In this document: positions 18,104 through 26,940 of the stretch, piece by piece | How positions within the stretch are numbered: the stretch's first letter is position 1 | Layout of the letters: each line of letters opens with the position of its first letter | NCBI GenBank assembly: GCA_046292385.1 | Contig: JBKBRF010000068.1 | Span: forward strand, 1-29,863 | Source of the DNA: Armatimonadota bacterium | GTDB lineage: Bacteria; Armatimonadota; SYMT01 | Length of the DNA: 29,863 nucleotides | Direction of reading: 5' to 3' | The notes under the pieces: generated by a model | What the model was told of the DNA's origin: nothing | The model's database searches: none | What the model saw: only the letters and a program-made list of their open reading frames with translations | Program-made: the position numbers and the translations under genes

Positions 18104-18261
18104 GTCATCCTGAACGTCAGTGAAGGATCTCGGCAGCCGTGCTGGAACGGGAAACGCATTGACGTGGCAAGGGGCTGGCCTGCCGGGGATCTCCCGAACG
18201 GTAAGCCTCACGCTCCGGCAAAAGCTAACTCACGTAGATCCTTCACTCCGTTCAGGATGAC
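18104..18261. repeat. REP-like inverted repeat pair (GTCATCCTGAAC...GAAGGATCT family)
   Basis: GTCATCCTGAACGTCAGTGAAGGATCT (18104-18130) and AGATCCTTCACTCCGTTCAGGATGAC (18236-18261) are near-perfect reverse complements. Confidence 0.9.
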
Positions 18262-18370
18262 TTGCTTCTGATACGACGGGCGGCTACCGTACAAGATTGG
18301 GGGTCGGTAACGGTGGTCGGCGGGGCACATCCCAGTTCGCCATCGCTGCAGTGAGGAAAGGAGAGCCACG

Positions 18371-18787
18371 ATGGCGCTAGAACTGCATGCCTTCATCGGC
18401 GAGCGTAGGCTGCCGACACGAGAGGACTGGCAGGTAGCTATCGCGGGGCTTGCGTTTCCCGTGGAGCTCGACCCGGGCCTGAAGGTACGTGGCGCAGAGG
18501 GCTTCGTCCCGTGCACTCTCGAGAGCCGCCCGTCAGGATTTGAGCTCTACACAGAGCCGGCTGCCGCCCTTCTGGAGGACTATCCTGAACTGGCGGAGCA
18601 GGTCGGCAACCGGTCGTCGGCCATCACCTTTCGCTGGGGTGGCGACCTTCGAGAGTGTGCCTGCGTCATGGCAGCGGCAGCAGGTCTGGCAGCTTGCTCG
18701 GACGCTCTACTCTATTACCCGGACGACGAGGAGTGGTACGGTATCGATGATCTCAGGCGCGATTTCGACGCCTGCCGCTCGGGCTAA
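18371..18787 (+). CDS. Small acidic hypothetical protein
   Basis: Strong AAAGGAG RBS; 138-aa globular-looking sequence (GFVPC, GFELY, FRWGGD); somewhat atypical codon usage. Confidence 0.75.
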   Translation: MALELHAFIGERRLPTREDWQVAIAGLAFPVELDPGLKVRGAEGFVPCTLESRPSGFELYTEPAAALLEDYPELAEQVGNRSSAITFRWGGDLRECACVMAAAAGLAACSDALLYYPDDEEWYGIDDLRRDFDACRSG

Positions 18788-18835
18788 ACGAGCATACGAT
18801 CGTCATTGCGTCTTGCGGCGAAACCAGGGTGCGAG

Positions 18836-19186
18836 ATGAGTCTTGATGTTCGGTCGGCTATCGTGATCATGGAAGAACGCTACGGAGCCGATCCGGAGTT
18901 CCGCCGGGAAGCAGAGAAGGCTTACCTCGACATGAGCGTGGCGCAGGCGCTTTACGACTTGCGGACCGCCGCCGGTCTGACACAGCGCCAGCTTGCGGAG
19001 CGGGTCAATACTACCGCCTCCGCGATCAGCCGCCTGGAAGACGCCGATTACGAGGGCCATTCTCTCACGATGCTGCGCCGCATCGCGGAGGCCCTGGGCC
19101 AGAGGGTGGTGCTCCGCTTCGAGCCGTTGGACGCCGCCGGGGAGGCCGCAGCCAACCCTTCGGAGGAAAGCCCGGTCGCGGCGTAG
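18836..19186 (+). CDS. XRE/HigA-like helix-turn-helix protein (antitoxin-like)
   Basis: 'VAQALYDLRTAAGLTQRQLAERVNTTASAISRLEDADYEGHSLTMLRRIAEALG' is a typical HigA-type XRE HTH. Confidence 0.88.
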   Translation: MSLDVRSAIVIMEERYGADPEFRREAEKAYLDMSVAQALYDLRTAAGLTQRQLAERVNTTASAISRLEDADYEGHSLTMLRRIAEALGQRVVLRFEPLDAAGEAAANPSEESPVAA

Positions 19187-19203
19187 CTTCCGCCCCGCCG
19201 GCC

Positions 19204-19902
19204 TCAGTTCGTGCGGCGGTCGCGGAAGAACTTCACGTGGCCGTCCAGGAAGAGCCGGTTCCGACCGCCGAAGTGGACCGCCCTCCCGCGGATCGTGTCG
19301 GGGATCGACGGGATCGTGCTCGGAAAGTACGGGTCGACGGCCAGCTCCACGTCCGCGGGGCCCTCGGGAAGCCCGATGATCGGGTCGTTCGCGGCGTAGA
19401 GGTCGCCCGCCGCCTGCAGGTCGATCTTGCCCCACATGTTGTCGAGCGGCACGGGATCCGTCGTGCGGTCGAAGCGCCAGAGCCAGTAGCGCGTCACCAC
19501 CGCGTCCGGCGTGTCGGCGATCGACTGCGCCACCTGCCGCGCCTCCCCCAGCGGCGAGCCGGTGAGGCTGGGGCACGACCACAGCTCCCCGCTCTTGGTG
19601 TACGGCGCCATCACCACGGCGGCCCAGCCGGCGCGCGGGTCGGAGGGCGGCCAGCCGCTCCAGGGCCGGTAGCCGCCGGGCAGCGTGAGCTTCAGGTCGC
19701 GCCGGTCGGGGAGACGGTCGTCGTTATCCTGCGAGTAGAGCTGGAACGCCGTGCCGATCTGGCGGAGGTTGTTGGCGCAGGTGGCCTGCCGCGCCTTCTC
19801 CCGCGCCTGGGCAAAGACGGGGAAGAGGATCGCGGCGAGGATGGCGATGATCGCGATCACCACGAGCAGCTCGATCAGCGTGAAGGCGCGGCGGCGTTGC
19901 AA
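19204..19902 (-). CDS. Prepilin-type N-terminal cleavage/methylation protein with DUF1559-like and H-X9-DG domains
   Basis: TTG start after [50 protein letters not shown]-terminal [15 protein letters not shown]. Confidence 0.92.
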   Translation of the reverse strand: MQRRRAFTLIELLVVIAIIAILAAILFPVFAQAREKARQATCANNLRQIGTAFQLYSQDNDDRLPDRRDLKLTLPGGYRPWSGWPPSDPRAGWAAVVMAPYTKSGELWSCPSLTGSPLGEARQVAQSIADTPDAVVTRYWLWRFDRTTDPVPLDNMWGKIDLQAAGDLYAANDPIIGLPEGPADVELAVDPYFPSTIPSIPDTIRGRAVHFGGRNRLFLDGHVKFFRDRRTN

Positions 19903-19984
19903 GGGTCTTTCTCCTTCAATCCAGTGTATACGTAACGGGAGACGACGGCAGCGCGAAAAACCGGCACCGGGGGAGGAGCGCGGA

Positions 19985-21520
19985 ATGGCAGAGGGACGGC
20001 TGGACGAAGAGGGGAGGCTGGTGCTGCCGGCGGAAGTGCGGAGCGCACTCGGCTGGCAGCCGGGACAGGCGCTCCAGCTCCAAGTGGACGGCGACGCGCT
20101 GGTGGCGCAGCCTTCCACGCCGGTCGGGAGCTTCAAGGACGAGGCGCGCCGGCTCGCCTCCGCAATGCGCGACCTCACCTCCGGCGCGCTCGGCGCCGCC
20201 GCGCGCAAGGTGCAGGAGACCGCCGCTACCGCCGCGCCGGCCGCGCCGAAGCCGGGTCCCTCGCCGGACGGCGTCCCGGCGCCGCCGACGCAGGGCGGCG
20301 CGTTCCAGGGCCTCCGCCCGCACCTGGGTGAAGGCGTCTACCTGGCGCCCGGCTCCACCGTGGTGGGCGACGTCCAGTTCGGCAAAGACTGCAGCATCTG
20401 GCCCGGCGCGGTGCTCCGCGGCGACGTGGCGGCGGTCCGTGTGGGAGAAGGCACCAACGTCCAGGACGGCGCCGTGCTCCACGTCTCGCCGCACCTGCCG
20501 TGCGTGGTCGGCGCGCGCGTCACGATCGGCCACCAGGCGACGGTCCACGCCTGCACGGTGGAGGACGACGTGCTGATCGGGATCCACGCGGTAGTGCTCG
20601 ACGGCGCCCGCGTGGGGCGGCACTGCATCGTTGCGGCGGGCACGGTCGTGCCGCCGGGCATGGAGATCCCCTCCGGCAAGATGGTGATGGGCGTCCCGGC
20701 CCGCGTGGTGCGCGACCTCACCCCGGAAGAGATCCAGCGGATCCACTGGAACGCCAGCTCCTACGTCGGCCTCAAGGGCCAGTACCTCCGCCCCGCGCCC
20801 GCCGCGCCGGAAACCGCCACCGAACGACCGGCACCCGCTCCGGCGCCTCCAGGCGCGCTGCCCCGCTACGAGTGCCGCCGGGCCGCGGGCGAGATCTCGG
20901 TCGATGGCTCCCTGGACGATCCCGGCTGGAAGGGAGCGGTGCCGCTCTCCCGCCTGCGCCTGGCGTCCGGAGCCGGGGAGCCCGCGCAGGAGACGGAGGT
21001 GCTGGCGGCCTGGGACGAGCACCACCTCTACGTGGCGTTCTCCTGCAAGGACAGCGACATCTGGGGCAACTTCACCCAGCGCGACGACCCTCTTTACGAC
21101 GAGGAGGTAGTCGAAGTCTTCCTCTGCCCCACCGGCGACCTGCGCCACTACTACGAGATCGAAGTGAGTCCCTGCAACGTGCTCTTCGACGCGTACGTCT
21201 TCAACCCGGAGGGAGACCGCCGCACCATGCTGGTCGACCGCCAGTGGAACGCGGCGGGGATCCGGACGGCGGTGCGAGTCGCCGGCACGCTGAACGACCG
21301 CTCCTCGCACGATCTCGGCTGGATCACCGAGATCGCGATCCCGTTCGCGGACCTGGGGCTCTCCGGCCCGCCCGCGCCCGGCACCGTCTGGCGCGCCAAC
21401 TTCTACCGGATCGAGCGCGGAGAGGTGACCGAGTTCAGCGCCTGGTCGCCCACCCACAAAGACCCCGCCGACTTTCACGTGCCGGCTTGCTTCGGGGAAC
21501 TGGTCTTCGTTAACGGTTAG
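19985..21520 (+). CDS. AbrB/MazE-like domain + gamma-class carbonic anhydrase-like hexapeptide domain + CBM9-like domain fusion
   Basis: GAGGAG RBS. '[25 protein letters not shown]' (AbrB). 'VVGDV..G...[11 protein letters not shown]...NVQDGAVLH...IGHQATVH' (gamma-CA). '[10 protein letters not shown]...[11 protein letters not shown]...YYEIEVSP...WRANFYRI...FH' (CBM9-like). Confidence 0.88.
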   Translation: MAEGRLDEEGRLVLPAEVRSALGWQPGQALQLQVDGDALVAQPSTPVGSFKDEARRLASAMRDLTSGALGAAARKVQETAATAAPAAPKPGPSPDGVPAPPTQGGAFQGLRPHLGEGVYLAPGSTVVGDVQFGKDCSIWPGAVLRGDVAAVRVGEGTNVQDGAVLHVSPHLPCVVGARVTIGHQATVHACTVEDDVLIGIHAVVLDGARVGRHCIVAAGTVVPPGMEIPSGKMVMGVPARVVRDLTPEEIQRIHWNASSYVGLKGQYLRPAPAAPETATERPAPAPAPPGALPRYECRRAAGEISVDGSLDDPGWKGAVPLSRLRLASGAGEPAQETEVLAAWDEHHLYVAFSCKDSDIWGNFTQRDDPLYDEEVVEVFLCPTGDLRHYYEIEVSPCNVLFDAYVFNPEGDRRTMLVDRQWNAAGIRTAVRVAGTLNDRSSHDLGWITEIAIPFADLGLSGPPAPGTVWRANFYRIERGEVTEFSAWSPTHKDPADFHVPACFGELVFVNG

Positions 21521-21560
21521 GCGCTTCGAGTGTGAAGGTGGCGGCTTTCTTTCGGACGGA

Positions 21561-21720
21561 GCGTATTTGCGTATTCCGTATCGCGTATTGCGTAGCGGCC
21601 GCCTCTACGGTCCTGCGAGAGCGTCGTGCCGGGCGAGATGCTTCTGAGGCGCATCGCCCGGCACGACGTACCGGAGAGCGGCGAGAGCACCCCGCTACGC
21701 AATACGCGATACGAAATACG
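21561..21720. repeat. Inverted pair of GCGTATT-type heptamer arrays
   Basis: CGTATTCCGTATCGCGTATTGCGTAGCGG (21570-21598) versus CCGCTACGCAATACGCGATACGAAATACG (21692-21720): 28 of 29 positions are complementary. Lies between convergent genes. Confidence 0.92.
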
Positions 21721-21779
21721 TACTTCCTCGCCCGGAGCGCTCAACCGCTCATACTGCAGCAGCCCCCGGTAAGCACGCC

Positions 21780-22007
21780 CTATCCATCCTGCGCCCCCTC
21801 CAGGAGCGCGGCAGCCCGATCCGAGAGGCGTTCGTCCCCGTTCATGCCGGAGAAAGCGACCAGCTTCTCGTAGTCCGGCCTGGAGATCAGCAGCATGTTG
21901 CCGACCACCTGGGCTTTCAGCTTCCGGATCAGGTCCGCCGCTGCTCCTTGCTCCGTAATCGGCGCCTCCAGCGCCTCGATCCCCGGCTTCGCCAGCAGCA
22001 GTCGCAT
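21780..22007 (-). CDS. Small hypothetical protein (75 aa, MRLLLAKPGIEALEAP...)
   Basis: GGAGG/AAAGGA RBS before ATG 22007; host-like codon usage; hidden as the C-terminus of the 21780..22694 ORF-track entry. Confidence 0.7.
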   Translation of the reverse strand: MRLLLAKPGIEALEAPITEQGAAADLIRKLKAQVVGNMLLISRPDYEKLVAFSGMNGDERLSDRAAALLEGAQDG

Positions 22008-22156
22008 TCCTTTCGTCGCCTCCTTGCTTCCTGGTGTGAAAGGATCTTCCCGGAACCGGTCGGAATGATGCCTGCTTGCCCGCACTCCGCTCTCCGGGGA
22101 GAAAGCTGAACCCGGGCACCTTCCCCGCGTCTGTGGCTTAGTTACGGAGGACAACC

Positions 22157-23437
22157 ATGCAGCGATCTTCACGCCGGCGGCCTGCCGGCATCCTGATCCC
22201 TCTTCTGGCCGCACTGACGGCGGCGGCAGCGGTGGCACAGCCGGCCGCGAACGGTCCGTGGGCGCAGTTTCGCGGGCCGGAGCGCACCGGCATCTCGCGC
22301 GAGAGCGGCCTGCTGAAGCGGTGGCCGGCAGGCGGTCCCGCGCTGGTCTGGAATGTCTCGGAGTTGGGAACGGACAACTCGACCCCCTCGGTGTCGGGCG
22401 GCCGGATCTTCGGCATGAGCTACCGCGGCAACGATGAGCTAATCTGGGCGCGGGAGGAGGCGACGGGGAAGCCGATCTGGAGCGAGCGGATCGCCGCCGC
22501 GACGTTCGACATCGGGCGGCAGGCGCACGACGGCTCCGGCGGCACCCCGACCGTGGACGGCGATCGGCTCTACGCCCTCGGAATGGGGGGCGACCTGGTC
22601 TGCATGCAGGTCTCCGACGGGAAGCTGCTCTGGCAGAAGAACCTGGTCCGGGACTTCGGCGGCGCCGTTCCGCAGTGGGGCTTCTCGGAGTCACCGCTGG
22701 TCGACGGGAACAGGGTGATCGTCACCCCCGGCGGGCGGGAAGCGACCCTCGTGGCGCTGGACCGCTCGAACGGAGAGGTGATCTGGAAGTCGCAGGTTCC
22801 GCAGGGAGACGCCGCCGGCTATGCCTCGGCGATCGCGGCAGAGGTGAACGGCCAGCGGCAGTACATCCAGTTCCTGGGCGGCGGCGTGGTCGGGGTGGCG
22901 GCAGATACCGGCCGCTTCCTCTGGCGCTACAACTCGCCCGCCAACCGCACCGCTAACTGCAGCACCCCGATCTTCCACGACAACCACGTCTTCGCCGCTT
23001 CCGGCTACAGCACCGGCGGCGGGCTGGCGAAGCTGGAAACGGCGCCCGACGGCGGGATGAGCGCGACCGAAGTCTACTTCACCCGCAGCATGCGCAACCA
23101 CCACGGCGGGATGGTCCTGGTGGACGGCTACGTCTACGGCTTCGACGAGGCGAACCTCACCTGCATCGACTTCAAGACGGGCGAGGTGAAGTGGTCGAAC
23201 CGCAGCGTCGGCAAGGGCTCCGTCACCTATGCGGACGGCCACCTCTACGCCCGCTCCGAGCGCGGCCCGGTCGCGCTGGTGGAGGCGACCCCGCAGGGCT
23301 ACGTGGAGAAGGGCCGCTTCGAGCAGCCGGACCGGAGCGGCAAGACGACCTGGCCCTACCCGGTCATCGCCAACGGCCGGCTCTACCTGCGCGACCACGA
23401 CACCCTGCTCTGCTTCAACGTCAAGGCAGGCGAGTAA
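22157..23437 (+). CDS. Secreted PQQ-binding-like beta-propeller protein (BamB/Planctomycete type)
   Basis: GGAGGA RBS, signal peptide, 'WAQFRGPERTG', repeated 'GxxxW' blades and terminal 'PVIANGRLYLRD'. Confidence 0.9.
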   Translation: MQRSSRRRPAGILIPLLAALTAAAAVAQPAANGPWAQFRGPERTGISRESGLLKRWPAGGPALVWNVSELGTDNSTPSVSGGRIFGMSYRGNDELIWAREEATGKPIWSERIAAATFDIGRQAHDGSGGTPTVDGDRLYALGMGGDLVCMQVSDGKLLWQKNLVRDFGGAVPQWGFSESPLVDGNRVIVTPGGREATLVALDRSNGEVIWKSQVPQGDAAGYASAIAAEVNGQRQYIQFLGGGVVGVAADTGRFLWRYNSPANRTANCSTPIFHDNHVFAASGYSTGGGLAKLETAPDGGMSATEVYFTRSMRNHHGGMVLVDGYVYGFDEANLTCIDFKTGEVKWSNRSVGKGSVTYADGHLYARSERGPVALVEATPQGYVEKGRFEQPDRSGKTTWPYPVIANGRLYLRDHDTLLCFNVKAGE

Positions 23438-23470
23438 CTCCGGGGCGGGAAGGCGATCTCCGCACCTGCA

Positions 23471-23505
23471 CAGGCCGGCCCCACGTGTATTGTGGGGCCG
23501 GCCTG
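23471..23505. terminator. 14-bp perfect hairpin between convergent genes (probable terminator)
   Basis: CAGGCCGGCCCCAC-gtgtatt-GTGGGGCCGGCCTG; no clear U-tract. Confidence 0.6.
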
Positions 23506-23535
23506 CTGTTCAGGAGCCTGGATGGCGGTTGAGCG

Positions 23536-23895
23536 CTACCGCCGCTTCACCTGCACGTGGAGATCAGCAGGCGCCTTCGGGAAGTAGCGCAGCAGGGCCG
23601 GACAGAGCCAGCCCTCGCGGCCGCTCTCCAGGTCGCGGTACCAGTTGCCGCCGGCTTCCTCGCGCAGCCACTGCAGATGGACGCTCGCGCCGGGGAACGG
23701 CTGCTGGCTGAAGATCAGGGTCAGCTGATCGGTGCCGCCCAGCGCGGCGGCGTGCTCGTCCATGAGCGTGTCGATCCCGGCAACGAACGGCTCGCGAACG
23801 AGGCCGGTCTTCTCGTCATCGAACATCCAGGTTCCGTGCTCCCGGTAGGGATGGATCACCTGCAGGGCGTTGGTGTTCTTCGATGTCTCGCTCAT
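23536..23895 (-). CDS. Conserved hypothetical protein, DUF6717-like
   Basis: 'NALQVIHPY...WMFDD...GLVREPFVAG...FS..PFPG...GGNWY...GWLCPALLRYF..AP'; GAAAGG RBS. Confidence 0.8.
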   Translation of the reverse strand: MSETSKNTNALQVIHPYREHGTWMFDDEKTGLVREPFVAGIDTLMDEHAAALGGTDQLTLIFSQQPFPGASVHLQWLREEAGGNWYRDLESGREGWLCPALLRYFPKAPADLHVQVKRR

Positions 23896-23943
23896 CGGTG
23901 CCTTTCCGGGATCAGTATCCCTCGTACTTCCGCCTCTCCTGCG

Positions 23944-26940
23944 TTAACCGCCGGCGGTACCCCGGCAGGTGGCGTTCTCGTCGCCCGCATCACGCGCCGA
24001 CGGTGCTCTGGTCGGCATGCAGGCGAGCCAGCGCTCCGCTCGCTCCAGGCGGCCGCGCAGCGCCTCGGCGGCCGCGGCCCGGAGGTGCGGTGCCCGGCTG
24101 CCCTCTTCCAGCGCGAGCAGCGCCTTCGCCGCCGCGCCGGTCTTCTCGCCTTTGATGCCGCCGACGAACACGCGCGCCCGCTCGTCCTGCAGGCGGGAGG
24201 CGCTCTCCACGCAGAGCTCATGCGTCAGCGTCAGCACCGCGCCCAGGTCGACGGGGCGCAGCTCCGGCGCGCCGGCGAGCAGCGCCTCCAGGGCGGTGCG
24301 GACCACTTCCCGGTGCAGCGCGGAGGCCCGGGCTCCCTCCCCCAGCGACTTCGCCCAGCGCGCCGCCTTGATAAGACCGGTGCCGCCCAGCGCAGCGAGC
24401 GCCGAGCCCAGGCGCGCTCCGTCGAGGCGGCCGTCGCTCACCGAGGCGATCAGCGCGTCGACCCCCAGGCCGCTCTCGCCGGGCTCCTTCGCTCCGAGTG
24501 CCAGCGCGAGGAGGGCGACCCCGGTCTCGCAGAGCGGCGTGTCCGGCTCCAGCAGCGCCTCCAGGTAGACCCGGTTGGTCCACTCCGCCTCCCACCAGTC
24601 GAGGTTCCCGCCCACCGCCTCTACCCCGCGGCCGAACCAGGCGTGCCGACCGGCGGGCCAGGTGAGCGCTCCCCAGCGGTGTCCCGGCGCCTCGCCTTCG
24701 GTCTTGACGTGGTGCAGTACGGTCGGCAGCTCGGCGTGGAGCTTCTTCGGGACTGGAGGGTCGAGGTCGACGTGCACCGGATAGAAGTGGTAGACCTTGC
24801 CCCCGGCCTCGTGCGACTTATGGCCGACGCGCACCGAAAGGCGAGCGGCGCGGCCGGCGTCCGGTCCCAGCCCCGGGTGGCGCGCTTCGACCACCGGATC
24901 GTCCTCGCGCGGGCTCCGGGCGCGGGCTGCGGCGGCCCAGAGCGCGGCGGTCTTTCCAACCGAGGTGCCAATCCCGACCCGCGAGAGAATCGACTTTCGG
25001 GAGCGATCTGTTCCGGCGCCGAGCGCGTGCCGTAGCGCGTCGCCCAGCTCGCCGTCGAGCCCGGCCGCTGCCCCCAGCGCTTCCGCCCGGTGGTCCGGTG
25101 CCAGCCGGAGGAGGGCCTGCACGGCGTCGGCCAGGTCCCACTCGCGGCCGGCGGCGCGCACTCGCTCCACCATCACGCGCGGATCGATCCAGCCGCCCGC
25201 GTGGGTCGGGAGCGCCAGGAGCGGGCGGGGCTTGCGGGCGACGACCCGCTGCGCGAGCTCCCAGAGGCGCAGCCCGTGGAACGAGTCGAGATCGAGCTCC
25301 CGCTGCCGGCTCTGCGGCTTCAGCTCGCCGGTAGTCCAGGCAAGCACCAGCGCGGAGAGGTCCTGGCGAAGATAGCCGCGGAAGACCTGCATCCACTCCG
25401 CGTCGTCAAAGAGCTTCCCGGCCCGCTTCCGGAGCGGGCCGACGCGGCGGTCGAAGTCATCCGGCCGCTCCGCGCAGAGGCGGGAGAGTCCGTCGAGCGC
25501 GCGCTCGACCTCCTCCGGTGGGCCGTGCGTCTCCAGCAGCCGGGCGAGCGTCTCGATCAGGTCGTCGAGCGCTTCCACCGGCGGGATCTCTGCCTCCGGG
25601 TCGAGGCGGGGGACGCCGTGGAACGGCAGGTCGAGCGCGGATACCCGCAGCGTGCCCGCTTGAAGATCGGCGAGGGCGGCGTCGATGCCGGCCAGCTCGC
25701 GCCAGGTGGAGGGGAGCGCCCGTGCGCGGTAGAGCAGCGCCTCCAGCTCTGAATCCTCCTGGGCCGCCGCAGAGGTGGCCGGCTCCGGCGCCGCCCCCAG
25801 CAGCGCCTCCACCCGGGAGCGCTGGCTCGCCGCGACGTCGCCGGCCCGCTCCTGGAGCAGCGAGCGAAGCTCCCCTGCCTGGCGGTCGCCATACTGCTCG
25901 ATCAGGAGGAGCGCCGCGCCCTGCACCTCCGGCGCCTCGTGCAGGAGCGCCGCGCAGGCGACCTCCGCCGCGCGCGCGGCGAGCGCCGGCTCGCGCTTCG
26001 CCGTGCCCGCGAGGAGCTTGAGTGTCGCGGTGACGGTCCCCTTCTCCCGAGCGGCCAGCGCCGGGGCGGCGTGGTCGAGCAGGAGCGCGCCCGGCAGCCG
26101 CTTCGCCTTCGCCAGCGCTGCGAGCGCTCTCACGGAGAAGGAGACGGTCGGCGGGATGCTGCTGGTCAGCAGCGCCAGGTAGCGGTCGAGCCGCGCCTCC
26201 CGCTCCTCGACGGTCGGCGCGAGCGCCTCGTGGAAGCGGGTGAACCAGCCGGCGCGGAACTGCGCGAAATCCCGCGCCAGCGCGTCGAGCGAGGCGTCGA
26301 GCAGGCGGTCGCGGGAGAGGGTCCCCGTCTCCGAAAGGCGGATCAGCGTGCGGGTCCAGCCGGCCTCGTTCTTCCCGTCATCCGCCATGGTGAGGCTGGC
26401 GTCGCGGTTCCCCTCGTATTCGAAGAGCAGCCACACCTCCGCCAGCGCCTGCGGGTCGTCCCGCAGCAGCCCCCACGGCCCATCCGGGTGGCCGGCGCTG
26501 ATCAGTCCCGGAACGTAAATCTCCGGATCCGGGAGGGGCACCAGCCCGGCGCGGATCAGCGGCCGGACCACCCGCATCGCACCGGGGAACCGGCGCAGCG
26601 CTTCCTCCGCCCAACCCGCGAGCCAGCCGGGTCGGCGGTCGATCAGCACGCGCGCCATCGCCTCCCCCTGCTGGTGCCAGGCGTAGTAGAGCTCCGGCCG
26701 GCCGCCCGTACCCGCGTCCGCCAGCGGAAGGCACTTCTCGACTCCATCGGCCTGCTTTGGCGACCACATCCCCCGGCGCTTCTTTTCCGAAGCGTACCAG
26801 TAAACGTGCATCCGTTCCTTCAACACGCGGACCCGCTCCGCGGCCGAGCGGCGCTCCGCCTCCGTGGCGCCGGCCAGGAGCGCGATCACCCGCTCCGGGT
26901 CGCCTGCCTCGATCGCCGCCTCCAGCTCTTCCGGGGTCAT
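23944..26940 (-). CDS. Large all-helical DUF6493-like protein
   Basis: 998 aa, Ala/Leu-rich helical-repeat composition; 'RLLDASLDAL..DF', 'LLALPTHAGGWIDP', 'DGRLD' motifs; start overlaps the SWIM gene stop (ATGA). Confidence 0.8.
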   Translation of the reverse strand: MTPEELEAAIEAGDPERVIALLAGATEAERRSAAERVRVLKERMHVYWYASEKKRRGMWSPKQADGVEKCLPLADAGTGGRPELYYAWHQQGEAMARVLIDRRPGWLAGWAEEALRRFPGAMRVVRPLIRAGLVPLPDPEIYVPGLISAGHPDGPWGLLRDDPQALAEVWLLFEYEGNRDASLTMADDGKNEAGWTRTLIRLSETGTLSRDRLLDASLDALARDFAQFRAGWFTRFHEALAPTVEEREARLDRYLALLTSSIPPTVSFSVRALAALAKAKRLPGALLLDHAAPALAAREKGTVTATLKLLAGTAKREPALAARAAEVACAALLHEAPEVQGAALLLIEQYGDRQAGELRSLLQERAGDVAASQRSRVEALLGAAPEPATSAAAQEDSELEALLYRARALPSTWRELAGIDAALADLQAGTLRVSALDLPFHGVPRLDPEAEIPPVEALDDLIETLARLLETHGPPEEVERALDGLSRLCAERPDDFDRRVGPLRKRAGKLFDDAEWMQVFRGYLRQDLSALVLAWTTGELKPQSRQRELDLDSFHGLRLWELAQRVVARKPRPLLALPTHAGGWIDPRVMVERVRAAGREWDLADAVQALLRLAPDHRAEALGAAAGLDGELGDALRHALGAGTDRSRKSILSRVGIGTSVGKTAALWAAAARARSPREDDPVVEARHPGLGPDAGRAARLSVRVGHKSHEAGGKVYHFYPVHVDLDPPVPKKLHAELPTVLHHVKTEGEAPGHRWGALTWPAGRHAWFGRGVEAVGGNLDWWEAEWTNRVYLEALLEPDTPLCETGVALLALALGAKEPGESGLGVDALIASVSDGRLDGARLGSALAALGGTGLIKAARWAKSLGEGARASALHREVVRTALEALLAGAPELRPVDLGAVLTLTHELCVESASRLQDERARVFVGGIKGEKTGAAAKALLALEEGSRAPHLRAAAAEALRGRLERAERWLACMPTRAPSARDAGDENATCRGTAGG

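Noticed and set aside
22103..22114. AAGCTGAACCCG shared with the hairpin element copy 1
   Set aside because: Only 12 bp, with no flanking similarity; chance level.
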